A stretch of DNA of 63,112 bases, the filler included, from Perkinsus chesapeaki ATCC PRA-425 (lineage: Eukaryota; Protista; Perkinsozoa), in NCBI GenBank assembly GCA_013115145.1. It is 9 parts of 9 records of this genome, joined end to end, with 100 filler letters (N's around TTAATTAATTAA, not from the genome) between each part and the next. Parts side by side here need not be neighbours in the genome. Positions count along the whole stretch, not along the records: positions 29,493 to 55,376 come from JAAPAO010000517.1; positions 55,477 to 59,230 come from JAAPAO010001359.1; positions 59,331 to 60,648 come from JAAPAO010002041.1; positions 60,749 to 61,834 come from JAAPAO010002218.1; 5 more parts are not named here. The stretch is one strand, 5' to 3'. The notes under the pieces are model-generated. The model searched no databases and was not told the origin of the DNA. It saw nothing but the letters and a program-made list of their open reading frames with translations. Shown here piece after piece: positions 50,193 to 61,406 of this stretch. How positions within the stretch are numbered: position 1 is the first letter of the stretch; each line of letters begins with the position of its first letter. A program made the position numbers and the translations under genes.

Positions 50193-53100
50193 TTAGCCAC
50201 GGCGAGAACCGCGATGGTGGTGGTGATGCGGACGAGAATAACCTGGCATGCCGAACTTGCGCTCCTGAGGAGAACGATCGTAAGATAACCATTGAAGCCA
50301 TGCTTGAACACGCACCAGATCCTCGGTAAGCTCCTTCACTCTGTCCTGTCTGTTATACTTCATCCACCCGTGAATTTGCGTTTCATACCTTCATTGGGAA
50401 AGTTCATTATTTCGCAAACAACAGATGACCTACGCTTTAGCGTCTGGTGCGCACTTCGCCGCCATACGCAGGATTGTAGGCGTCGCCAAGGCAGGATTGG
50501 GCGAATCAAAACCTCCATTATCTGCAATAGCCACCACACAACTTACCGAGTAAATGATGATGAGTCTCACCATTGCCTTGTTGCCTTCTCGAAGGCTTCA
50601 CTTTGCGCATGACGTCGAATATCTATCAGCGGCAAGATAGAAGAGCGACAAGTGGTAATGTACCCACCGCCTGAGCGGTTTCCATCTCGCCGTGAGTGAT
50701 ACAAGCGGAAATAAGGCAAGTCCAAACGTGAGCATTTGCCTCAAATCCGTGCCTGAATTATTATAATCGAGACCATCTAGTAGATCATTGCTTCCTACTT
50801 GGCAGGCAATTCCTCAACCAATTTGAAGGCACGTTCGAGGTCGCCCTAAAATGGTCAAATATGATCACAACAATTGACACACAGACTTCACCTGACGCCC
50901 ATAATGCTTAATCAGAATCGACAGTGTGTAGCTGTTGGGTTGAATTTTCCAGTAATTTGTCATGTCGTCCAGAAGTCTCTCGCATGTCCCATGATATCTA
51001 CTAATCAAAAAAGGAAATAGCCAACCACTAAGTGATACCTTCGTTTAACGCATCCATCAAGTAGGGTATTATAGATGACCAGGTCAGGCTGTAGACCATC
51101 ATTCAGCATTGCTGAGCACCACAACTGAGGCGATCACCACCACCCCCACAACCTACTGTCGAACATCTGCAATGATTGCTCCATTTCCCCTCTCGCACAG
51201 TATCCTTTGATAATAGTGCTGTAAGTGAACTTATCCGGCAAAGGCACCATCAGGCCGCCGCCGCCTCCTCTTCCGGCAGTGTTGTCACTGCCCTGTTCAC
51301 ACGAGGGGTCTCCATTACTGTTATTGTCGTTAATTCCGCCGCCATCATCTGTCGGAGCTGTAGCTGACATTAACAGCGACAAGCTATCATGTTTCTAAGA
51401 GGCCCTCTCACCGCTCGCGGCCTGCAGTTTCATGGCATCGAGAAGCTCCAAGGCTCCTTGCATATCTCCGACTCTAACGCAGGCGTGTATCAGGCAGTTA
51501 AAACTGAAAAAAAGACAAGTATCTCACATTTGAATGACAAAGACAAGTCTATTCGGGCTTCAAAAACGACGTAGATTCGACCAGAGTTTCTGCAGAAAAA
51601 GTGCCACATAACGAGATCGAAATTACGGCCTATTGACACGTCAAACTCTCACTAATGCATAGTTCTAAGCTCGATTTTTTATGCTCGAGTCCGATAGATA
51701 GACTCACGTGACTGCATTGCACAGGACATTCTCCTCCCTCATAAGAGCAAAAATGCTGCGAGCCCTGTTGGCATCATTCTAAGGGAGAAATACTAGTCAT
51801 ACCGAAACCTTCACCGTAATCAATCACCTGTTTCGCCCAACCATGGATGAGCGTACTGTATATAACTGTATTCGGTGGTATCTACACGAGGAATATATCA
51901 ATCACAATTCATCATGATAGGGTCACCAGCTCCTTCCACTCCCCAACGAGCTGCTCGGCCTCCTCGACCAATCTGTTGCTGACAAGAGCATCCGTCATGC
52001 ACCCAAGTGTGATCTCGTTGGGACGATAGATGGAAGCCGCGCCGGGGGATGAGCTCGGCGACGACGCCTGTCAGAAAAATTAACGCCAACCCGCGACCTC
52101 TGCCTACCTCTCCGTTCCCTCTACTCCTGTTTTCACCTCCGCGACCACGCCAGTTGGATAGACACTGTCCTGTGGTCACAAGGTGGTTCCAGACCTAAAG
52201 GAAGAATCTCCTGCGCGCCAAGAAACACCATTTTCCATGAATCAGCCCAACGCGATGCGTATAACTCAATAAGCTAGTCGAGTGAACGATGTGTTCTTAC
52301 TTTCCAACAAGATCTGATGTCTCCTCGCCTGCCACACTCCTTGATGATTGACGACGCTTCGGCGTTGTCTCGGTCAGAGGCTACTCTCAAGCGAGAAGAC
52401 AGCTTATCTTCACACTCGTCAACTTCGGTATTTTTAACACCTGAAAAGGAACGAAGTCATGGGCACTCTCAGTAGAGCAGATCCCACCCCGGTCAGCAAA
52501 AACCGCCGACCTTGATAGAAAAGATTATACCAACCAAAAGACTTCGTTAGAACTACTTAATAATACAAACTGATCCGAAAACTCCGCCCTTGCTCACTCC
52601 ATGCACCAACATCATTCTCCTTAGTCTCCTTCCAATCGTGTCCAGCATGCTCGTCCGACGCTTCGTTAACCCTGCTGCTCTCACTGGAGCTGAGTCCAGG
52701 CGGCGGGAACGACCTTGATAAGCAAACTACCCAACCGAACCTTTCAACAAACTCACGGGGGAGGCGGGGGTGAGGCCAAGCTTCTCTGAGCAGATCCGGT
52801 GGTACTGCGATTTCCATTAATCCCACCAGAGGCCGCAACAAGCTGCATCTGCAGCGCTGTAGAGCTGCAAAAGAAAAGCGCGAGCTGCCAGCGATCACTT
52901 TTAAATCCCCTACCTGAGTAGGAGCGCCAACATCGCTTGCTGATGAGATGCGCTGTTGGCTACAGCGGGGGCAGTGCCGCTAGAGGCCAACAAAGCCGCC
53001 TGTTGCATGAGGGAATCCATGGCGGCCTAAATAGACAATATTTAACGTGAGCAGAGAGATGCTTTCGCAGGATATTCATAAAGTAAAGTGGAAGATCACA

Positions 53101-54659
53101 AGAGCTGCATCATTGACGGTGAACAGCGTGAAGCCTTCGATCTCAACGAATTTCATCTGACTTACACTCATGTCTCCTTGAGATGCCATTTCTCCTATCC
53201 AGTTGTATTCCGGGCCTTCCAAGACGCGGGCACCAAAAGCAGTTGATGGCGCTGCCCCAGACGGGTCCTGAAAACCAATGACTGGCATTGTCCAGGTTCA
53301 AAGACTCGCCGCTCACGCTAAAGACATAATAACGCTTACCGTGGCAGTCGTGTAATCGCCGTGATTGGCTTCTTCGTGCGTAGACAGGTCCGGGATGCTC
53401 CAACCGGGAGGAGAGCCGGGCAGCAGAGCTTCAGGCGAGCTCGCAGGAGCGGCCGACAAAGCACCACTGGTGGGGTCATAAGGTCCTGAGCGATAAAATA
53501 CAAGCATTAGCATACATCAATGATTCCGAATGCTCAACAGGAGAGCTGTAGAGTGCTGAAGCATAAAACAGCAAAGCGTCCTATAGAGCCCCTGTGGGCC
53601 AGTGTAGCGAGGAATTTGCCGCCTTAACTGAAGCTCAATACACAAACTAAACGCACAGGGATACACTGATAGCGATTCGACACCAAGCCGCCCTATGAAG
53701 CCTACTTTGAGGGGATAGATAATGGCTGTCGATGGTGCTGGGTGTCCACACTCTCGCCTCAGGAGACAAAGTCACCGCGCCAGGAAATTTACCGCTGCTG
53801 TAGAGCCCTCTGCTGGATGATAATGGAGTGTCGGGAACTTGACCATACGGGCGGCTCGGGGGAAGAGATCCAGGACTTCCCTAAACACCACCAAAATCTC
53901 GCGCGCCACGAAACCCCAGACTCACCCAAAATTTCTCGCTGGACAGGCGGGACGTGCTCGCGCCACCACCAAATGTTGCACCTGTACGATGATATCTCCG
54001 AACGGCAGCAACCGCTCCCTACCCTTCTCGAGGGGAGTCGTCGCTTGCCACATCGACCCGCCACTCCTGCTCATTGCTAATGCAGACGAGGCAACCTGCT
54101 CGAGAAAGAAGGTGCAGTGAAGCCGAACTGTCTTACGCTCGGATCGTCGGCCAGAGCAGTCTCCAAGTTGAGCTCCATTGATTTATGTTGGCCATATGAG
54201 GGAATCTCGGCACCACCTGAATGACAGCCTATTAAACTAACTCATGAAAGATCCCGAAAATCAATTGCCGTAGCCCTCCGAAAACGGTTCTTACTAGCCG
54301 TGTCGGATGCCCCGAACAACAGCGACTCGTACAGCCCTGAACCCTGCAGCTGCCGACTATCTGTTGAAGAGCCAAAGCCTGAGGAGCAAGAGTTTCTGAC
54401 ACCTCTATCTACGGCAACTATACCGGTGGTTCCCGAAGGGCTCCAGGGAGATCTAAACGGACTCTTGTTGGTCAAAGAATGAGTGCCGATTCGAGCAGAC
54501 GTGGCGTCCTGAGAACGAGCATGGCAGTGGCGGTATTCGCACAAGATGTACCTCTGACTGAGCGGTCCCCTTCGGGGTAGTCAGGGACTCCGGCGGCGGC
54601 GAGGGCGAGTGCCCAACAGTTGGCGACATGGTTGTAGGCGAATTCTTCCTGTTTTCCAT
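50193..54659 (-). CDS. Pentatricopeptide repeat (PPR) protein, multi-exon; PPR motifs at ~50690-52050, 5' extent uncertain
   Basis: PNEITLGCMTDALV, PNTVIYSTLIHGWAK, FNCLIHACVRVGDMQGALELL, PDKFTYSTIIKGYCARGEMEQSL, PDLVIYNTLLDGCVK, PNSYTLSILIKHYGRQGDLERAF and NAHVWTCLISACITHGE. The upstream exons could belong to a separate gene. Confidence 0.8.
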
Positions 54660-55050
54660 GTGTAACTTTTGAGTTGTTTTGACAAGGTGACAATAACAAC
54701 ACAAGCAACTACACAGCATAATCCAAGTCATGACTTCAGGAGGGTGCACCGCTGGGACGGGGCAGCAGGCTTCACAGCCGCACGCGGACGCGGCGCGAAA
54801 ATCTTGCAGCGGTTTCAAGCGCGGAGAATCATCAACGCGTCAGGTGCGCACAGCGAAGAATTCTTCAGACGAAAGATGCGCATGTGAATTGACACAACCA
54901 AAACAAATGTTACGAATAAAGATAACAGACAATGAAAGAGCAGACTTGAATGTCTTAACTTTGATTTAAGGGGCTTCAAAGGGGACACGACGGCAAAGAA
55001 AACTCCTTCGATGGAGCAGTAGGAAAACCATCAAATAGCTGGGCGAAGAA

Positions 55051-55376
55051 TTAGACTGATCCCTTCGGCTGCTTGTTCTCAAGCAGTGAAGTTTGGATAC
55101 TTTGGTCGCGAATCTTTGAGCGCTCTCCATCTTCATTGACAAGTAAAAACAAAGGCAACCTCAGCAATAGTGCAACAGTATAAATCGCAGCTGTTATACC
55201 AAAAGCATAACGATAGTCGTGACCGTCACAAAGCCAACCACCAACAGCTGCACTGCCCGCCCAGGATGCAGCAGTAATACTTTCTACAGCATTCCAACGA
55301 CCGCGCTGTTTAGATGAAACATAATCCATAATAAGCGAACGGTCTAATGGATAAACGGCATTCTGGAAACCACCTC
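55051..55376 (-). CDS. MFS transporter, C-terminal part only (rest in gap)
   Basis: NAVYPLDRSLIMDYVSSKQRGRWNAVES..SWAGSAAVGGWLCD..YRYAFGITAAIY, a typical MFS TM10-12 pattern. Confidence 0.75.
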
Positions 55377-55499
55377 NNNNNNNNNNNNNNNNNNNNNNNN
55401 NNNNNNNNNNNNNNNNNNNNTTAATTAATTAANNNNNNNNNNNNNNNNNNNNNNNNNNNNNNNNNNNNNNNNNNNNTTTACTTCTGGTTTTTTTTGTTT

Positions 55500-55546
55500 T
55501 TTTTGTTGTTGTTGTTGTTTTTTTTTTGTTGTTTTTGTTGTTTTTT

Positions 55547-55578
<32 letters not shown>

Positions 55579-55580
55579 GC

Positions 55581-55653
<73 letters not shown>

Positions 55654-55698
55654 GCTGTTGATGTTGTTGTTGTTGTTGTTGTTGCTGTTGTTGTTGTT
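55500..55698. repeat. (GTT)n microsatellite with GCT/GAT variants
   Basis: Direct reading. It abuts a contig end. Confidence 0.97.
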
Positions 55699-55759
55699 CT
55701 CCTCTCGCTCTTATCAGGGGTGGAGTATCGAATCAGAATATCGATAATGGGTTCCTTCT

Positions 55760-57148
55760 CGTTTGGAAATTGGAAAGTCAATACGATCCTCATCAGAAAA
55801 GGGAGATTAAAAGTGTGAGTTAGCGCCCCATTGGATATGAACGCATTTGTAATCAGTAATAATGTCAGGAACGTGTTCTCAGACGAGCTAGGCTTGCGGA
55901 TAAAGCTTTGTTCTGTGGTGCTAAGATCATTTGTGAGATCCAGCGATACATAAGCGGCCCGAAAAATGCCGAAGTGAGTCTTGAAGCAGCAATGCTATAA
56001 CCCCGTCAGAGGCGTTCCGTTTCAGGTCGACCTGGGCATAGCATTCAATGCGGGTTATGCGATCGAGGGACCTGTCGGAAGTGACTTCAAGATTGATGCG
56101 AGCTACCTTGGAGCGGATGTGAAATGGACACTAACCCTTCAAGAACTCACTAGGGTTTACGATGTACTAGTTTCGTATTCTTGAATTACGGAGGCACGTT
56201 CGCCGTCACTGAGAAATAATTCCAAACTATGGATGAATTCGAGATCTTCGCATCCAGAATAAACAACACGAATGCCAAATCGCTAGGTAATTATCTATAC
56301 TTTCCAGGTACCACTGATCATCAGTAGTAAGGTTTATCTCATGGCATCGGTAATATTATTGATCGGGATAGCCTTCCTGACAGCTCCTTATACGTCTCCT
56401 CTGGGTGAGTAGCTTTTATTTCGAAGGTACATACGAAGAGTTCCTTTATGTTGATCGACTATATTCGTCTAGGAGAGACTTCTCCTGAGCCTCGTGCTAT
56501 CTACGCTTTGGCATTAACCACACTCACTGGCCAAACAGGACTATCGTATAGGGTGACCAAGATACCACGCAAGGTAGATGCAGCAGCACAATGCCAATCA
56601 CTTAACCCAACTTATCCGTGTTAGGTCGGATGTCTAGTAAAACCTGAAGCTCTGGGAGAAGTAGAAGACACGGTATTCACAGATGAGTTTCCAGAGTATT
56701 TATTCACCATTGATGTTGATGTTAACCGGGTGATAGAGGCCAGAGGTATGTGCGCGTGGTCTCCTTAAAGGTTAGGGCTTCCACTCAACCTGTCGCACTA
56801 TGTGGTCGTCTAGATTCGCGAACTTGGAGCATCAAATCCCAGCGCTTCACGTATAGCGTCTGTCTGTTTCAGGTTTATCCGAGATTCAGAGGGATATATT
56901 CCGCCAGATGTTCTGTTCCTTTGTCGAAGGGGACTGGGAAAAGGCTAAGTCAATTGCGGATGGACCTCCTGCGATTGAAGTGGGCCCTGCAAGGGCTATT
57001 TTGGAGTAAACACCAGGATGGGCTCTCTGTCCGATGGATAAAAATGGTTCGTTGGGTAGCCTTAATCTTTTCTTCGAGGTTCATGGAGGCTTCTGGAGAT
57101 CGACCCCCTGAAGGTTGGAAGGGCTGGCACATCATCCACACCATCTGA
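55760..57148 (+). CDS. Class III (alveolate-type) adenylate cyclase-like protein, C-terminal exons, catalytic motif degenerate
   Basis: LADKALFCGAKIICEI, GIAFNAGYAIEGPVGSDFKIDASYL, and C-terminal DG...FMEASGDRPPEGWKGW. Confidence 0.75.
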
Positions 57149-57256
57149 TTCCCTCATATGGCGGTTGAAATATCATCGTTTCCTGGTGGCAACATTCGCC
57201 TTACATGCACTTTGTAATTTCCACCAAGCTAGTAAATGTCATGTTCGGGGGTACTT

Positions 57257-57281
57257 CAGGGTTCGAGTCCCTGCATCGGAA
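57257..57281 (+). pseudogene. 3' fragment of tRNA-Glu (T arm plus acceptor strand) at the left edge of the tandem unit
   Basis: CAGGGTTCGAGTCCCTGCATCGGAA is identical to 58769-58793. Upstream sequence is unrelated. Confidence 0.9.
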
Positions 57282-57294
57282 AGTACATTATTTT

Positions 57295-57496
57295 AGCTTT
57301 CGTGATACGCAAGGGAAGAGCAGGACGAATGAGAGATAATTTGGGATTTGACAGCTGGGAAGGTCCAAGTGTACCCCCTGTCCCCCCCTGAGCAATGTTG
57401 GTCATCAGCCTCGAACATCTTGCGGGACTCAACATTGTCCAGGGGTGCGGGTAGAGCATGTCAGATGCTAACACGTATCCCACTATGACAGCTTTT
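57295..57496. ncRNA. Unassigned structured ncRNA candidate (~200 nt), copy 1
   Basis: Bounded by T-runs, with a closing helix and two internal hairpins, lying between convergent tRNA genes. No known family signature recognised and strand unresolved. Confidence 0.45.
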
Positions 57497-57502
57497 AATA
57501 AG

Positions 57503-57575
57503 TAGCAGCTCCTTGTTTCGATCAAGGGACCTTTGGGTTATGAGCCCAACACGCTATCCACTGCGCCAAGCTGCT
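57503..57575 (-). tRNA. trnM-CAT: Initiator tRNA-Met(CAT), copy 1
   Basis: A1-U72 pair (AGCAGCT/AGCTGCT), anticodon loop CTCATAA, eukaryotic initiator T loop GATCGAAA. Confidence 0.95.
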
Positions 57576-57646
57576 CGACTGCGTATGTCTCCTTAAACAT
57601 GGGTGGAAGACTTCAGTAAAACAGAGGCACAAAGCATAGATAACTA

Positions 57647-57718
57647 TGCACCGTCCGGGAATTGAACCCGGACCATCTGCTTGGAAGGCAGATATCCTAA
57701 CCATTAGACCAACGGTGC
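57647..57718 (-). tRNA. trnG-TCC: tRNA-Gly(TCC), copy 1
   Basis: GCACCGT/ACGGTGC acceptor, TCTGC-CTTCCAA-GCAGA anticodon arm, GTTCAAT T loop. Confidence 0.95.
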
Positions 57719-58720
57719 TTCCGATCTGGACGATATAGATGTTGGCAAGTCATACAAGGCATTGAACAGGCTAGGGATCATCTTAAATTCCAAAATAAAA
57801 CAATTGCTTAATGCGCATCATGTGGTTCACTGGTACAGATTGGTGCCAACGCAGTCACTACTCATGCTTGTGGCCCGTGCCTGCAACTTGCGCACTCAGA
57901 ACCCGAGATAGTGTGACTTTAGTGTAGTAGTGCATGGATTCCAAATCTTGGCCTTGGGCATAGCTCTGTGCCTACACTAGTGCCATATCATCGTAAACTG
58001 AGAGAGTTCTGGCCGAGATGGTATGAATTAGATACGCTGCTCAGATGGCTGACCGCTGTAGGGTGACAGCGAAGTAACGCGTGTCACAGCTCACTGCAGT
58101 CATCTTTGACACGATTTGTAGGCCGTCGATCGTTGGCAGGCGTTAAAAATATGTTGGGTAGCAGTGTGACAGCCTCAGTTAATAATAAGAGTAGACAATA
58201 TAAGATCTTTTTATTAGTCTTGCCGTGTCACCGCCGATGACTCGCCGGTTGGTGATGGTGAAGACTGTCCAAGCCTTGTAGTGCTTAGGCGGCATGCAAC
58301 TGTTCTGTGGTGATTCGCGCCCGAAAATTGGTTAGACCCGTCACCGCTCTGCTAGTGTGACAGTTGAGGATTGTTTGGTATGAACTGCATGCGCATGCAT
58401 TCAGTCATACCAAATTGTTGAGTTTCGCTGTATCTTTGCAAGGTCACACTCTGTTGCAGATGATGAAATGTTGTCCACGGCGATGTATGATTGAGGGTTA
58501 GTCAATTCTGATGGGTCGGGTTGAGATGGTGACCGTGGCGACGGAACGGGTCGGGAGGAACGCTCTGATTGCGATCTAGTACGGAAATAACTGGCTCTAG
58601 CATGCCGGAGGCAGGCGCGGCGAATCAGTGAACGAACAGAAGTCGCTTTTCGAAGTTGCGCAGTTCGTTGCATGATGTTTCGGAAAATTGGACGGGATCA
58701 AATTTGATCTTTAATGCCAG

Positions 58721-58793
58721 TCCGATGTAGTCTAGCTGGTTAGGATTCGTGGCTTTCACCCACGCGACCAGGGTTCGAGTCCCTGCATCGGAA
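58721..58793 (+). tRNA. trnE-TTC: tRNA-Glu(TTC)
   Basis: TCCGATG/CATCGGA acceptor, CGTGG-CTTTCAC-CCACG anticodon arm, GTTCGAG T loop, TTTT shortly downstream. Confidence 0.95.
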
Positions 58794-58806
58794 AGTACAT
58801 TATTTT

Positions 58807-59008
58807 AGCTTTCGTGATACGCAAGGGAAGAGCAGGACGAATGAGAGATAATTTGGGATTTGACAGCTGGGAAGGTCCAAGTGTACCCCCTGTCCCCCCC
58901 TGAGCAATGTTGGTCATCAGCCTCGAACATCTTGCGGGACTCAACATTGTCCAGGGGTGCGGGTAGAGCATGTCAGATGCTAACACGTATCCCACTATGA
59001 CAGCTTTT
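58807..59008. ncRNA. Unassigned structured ncRNA candidate, copy 2
   Basis: Appears identical to 57295-57496 (offset 1512). Confidence 0.45.
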
Positions 59009-59014
59009 AATAAG

Positions 59015-59087
59015 TAGCAGCTCCTTGTTTCGATCAAGGGACCTTTGGGTTATGAGCCCAACACGCTATCCACTGCGCCAAGCTGCT
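59015..59087 (-). tRNA. trnM-CAT: Initiator tRNA-Met(CAT), copy 2
   Basis: Identical to copy 1. Confidence 0.95.
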
Positions 59088-59158
59088 CGACTGCGTATGT
59101 CTCCTTAAACATGGGTGGAAGACTTCAGTAAAACAGAGGCACAAAGCATAGATAACTA

Positions 59159-59230
59159 TGCACCGTCCGGGAATTGAACCCGGACCATCTGCTTGGAAGG
59201 CAGATATCCTAACCATTAGACCAACGGTGC
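59159..59230 (-). tRNA. trnG-TCC: tRNA-Gly(TCC), copy 2, ends at contig break
   Basis: Identical to copy 1. Confidence 0.95.
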
Positions 59231-61352
59231 NNNNNNNNNNNNNNNNNNNNNNNNNNNNNNNNNNNNNNNNNNNNTTAATTAATTAANNNNNNNNNNNNNN
59301 NNNNNNNNNNNNNNNNNNNNNNNNNNNNNNTACTGGCCACTTGAAATGCAGATAAATAGTAACAACGTAGAAGAGGCAAAATAACATAAACCTGAACTAT
59401 CTTGGATCAGCCGGGTTCGAGGCCCACTGAAGGGTTACCCGACTTCCGCTTTCCCATGAGATATCATCCTATTTTCCATGTAAAGTCGATCGCGAAAGTT
59501 CTGCAGGTGCATTCTAGGCTCCTTGGTTCGTCTCACATTGTTAACCGCCCGAGCTAATCTGAGACAGAACGGCTTACTAATAAGGATGATATCTGACTGG
59601 TTTCTTGCGCGCAGCTGTGCAGTACACACTAAATACTTTCTCATGCCTGAAGCTAATCTTCCTCGAAGCTTCAAGCTATTATATACCACTAATGATGTTG
59701 CGAGTTGCTCCATTTTCTACTTTGGACTATCGGGCAATTCTCTCAGCCTGTGAGGGTTAGCGTCAGCCAAGGTCCAGTTACCTGGCTGCTCTCTGTGCTT
59801 TGCTGAACGGAGAGCTTGGTGTGTTTTCGACAGCGTTCTGTCCCTCGTGGGACACTGGAGGCAGATTTAGCGATCCAGCTCGGTCACGAGGTGGCATTGT
59901 AAATTTACTTGCAGCAATCGCAACTGGTGGTACATATAAAAACCCCTGGCACAGGAGTGTGTGAAGGGGCAGCACCAGGTCTCTGCTATGCGATACTAGA
60001 TCATTGTTGGAGAGGTTGGTTCTGCCCATGTCTACGATGGTACTGTGACGATACTATTGTCGAGTTAGGTGAATCAATGTGCACTATATAACAGAATTCC
60101 TGTCAATCACGCAAACTCAATATCGCACAATTGTCAGTGTTAACGTAGCAGGCCATGCGAGTGTAAGTGAAATGACACAGTTTAAGGGGGTGTACCCAGC
60201 CATCCCAAAGCCCCAATAACAGAACGTAACGCACACAATGTTGTCTACGCTAAGCTGTAGTGCTCCCCGCGAGGAACAAATCAGCCATTAACTAGGGAGT
60301 ATTACTAGGTTTCTTGACCCGTGATATTCTACTCATTAACGCGCTATCTCGTTAACTATGGGGCTCATAGTATGAGCCCAATCTGTAGTTGTTGCGTTAA
60401 AACTACGCTACATAAAACGAGATGGTGGAGATGTATTAACATTCGAGAGACATCCCCGCACGTAAAAGGAAAATTGGCTGACCAGAGCTCCTATTTGTTC
60501 ACACGCGACTCAAGTCATCTGCTCCATAGGTGTGAATGATATGAGCTGAAGCTGGTGAAGCACTTTTTGAGCAGTCACATATACGGTGAATAAGCCGCTG
60601 CACAGTGGACGCGACCTGACACTTCGCTTCCTGGATGTGGAGAAAGTANNNNNNNNNNNNNNNNNNNNNNNNNNNNNNNNNNNNNNNNNNNNTTAATTAA
60701 TTAANNNNNNNNNNNNNNNNNNNNNNNNNNNNNNNNNNNNNNNNNNNNGAAACACGTCGGGGTGAAGTAGGACACGCTAGCAACCATTCTTCAGCTCGAC
60801 ACAATTGTTTAACTTGTCTCTTGTTCCAAACCCGGTTGAACTGCAGGGACGTTTCTGTGCCAGACAGTCACCCTTGCATGTACGCTTAGTTTCTTTATCT
60901 TTCATCAAACTGTAAAAGGATATCGGACTTGATTACACATCGAGATGTATTCTACCGAGTATACAATGAAAAGTGTCTCAAGGCACTAAACGACTGTGTG
61001 AAAGCCTGTCCAGCGAACATACTTTATTTTTCCCCTACAAGTAGACAGAATGCTAGCGTTCAATGGAATATAACAGATTACAAGGAACGAATTATACTGG
61101 GTATGCAATGATAGGCGCCTTGACGGACTGAAAGGTTGGTTTGAAAGCCTATCTGCTCGTGGTCCCCTCGCCCCAGTCGATTCGGCACCCCTGCATCACC
61201 GTATTTGAGGCAACGCCATCAGATACCATAAACGAAGCCCTACCTAAAGGTAAGCTATCACACGTTACACCGTGACGCCGTGACGCAGTGACACTCTTGA
61301 GCTAAGTTCCGCCAGTTAGCGAGACAACAACACTGCCAAGCATAGTAGACAC

Positions 61353-61406
61353 TACCAGAGGCGAGGATCGAACTCGCGACCTTCTGCGTGTAAGGCAGAC
61401 GTCATA
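61353..61406 (-). pseudogene. 5'-truncated tRNA-Val(TAC)
   Basis: Minus strand TATGACG-TCTGC-CTTACAC-GCAGA-AGGTC-GCGAG-TTCGATC-CTCGC-CTCTGGT-A. The 5' acceptor strand and most of the D arm are missing. Confidence 0.8.

Larger units (their letters stand above)
57257..59230. repeat. Tandem duplication with 1512-bp period (57257-57718 = 58769-59230)
   Basis: A 462-bp block is repeated with no differences seen by eye. Confidence 0.9.

Noticed and set aside
55425-55793. Poly-Thr / poly-Leu ORFs
   Set aside because: Translations of the (GTT)n microsatellite at a contig end, with no independent coding evidence.
57256-57704. 89-aa and 60-aa ORFs (and their copies at 58756-59216)
   Set aside because: They overlap tRNA genes and the structured element, so they are incidental frames.
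59411-59425. GGGTTCGAGGCCC T-arm/B-box-like motif
   Set aside because: No other tRNA arms around it. Too short to call.
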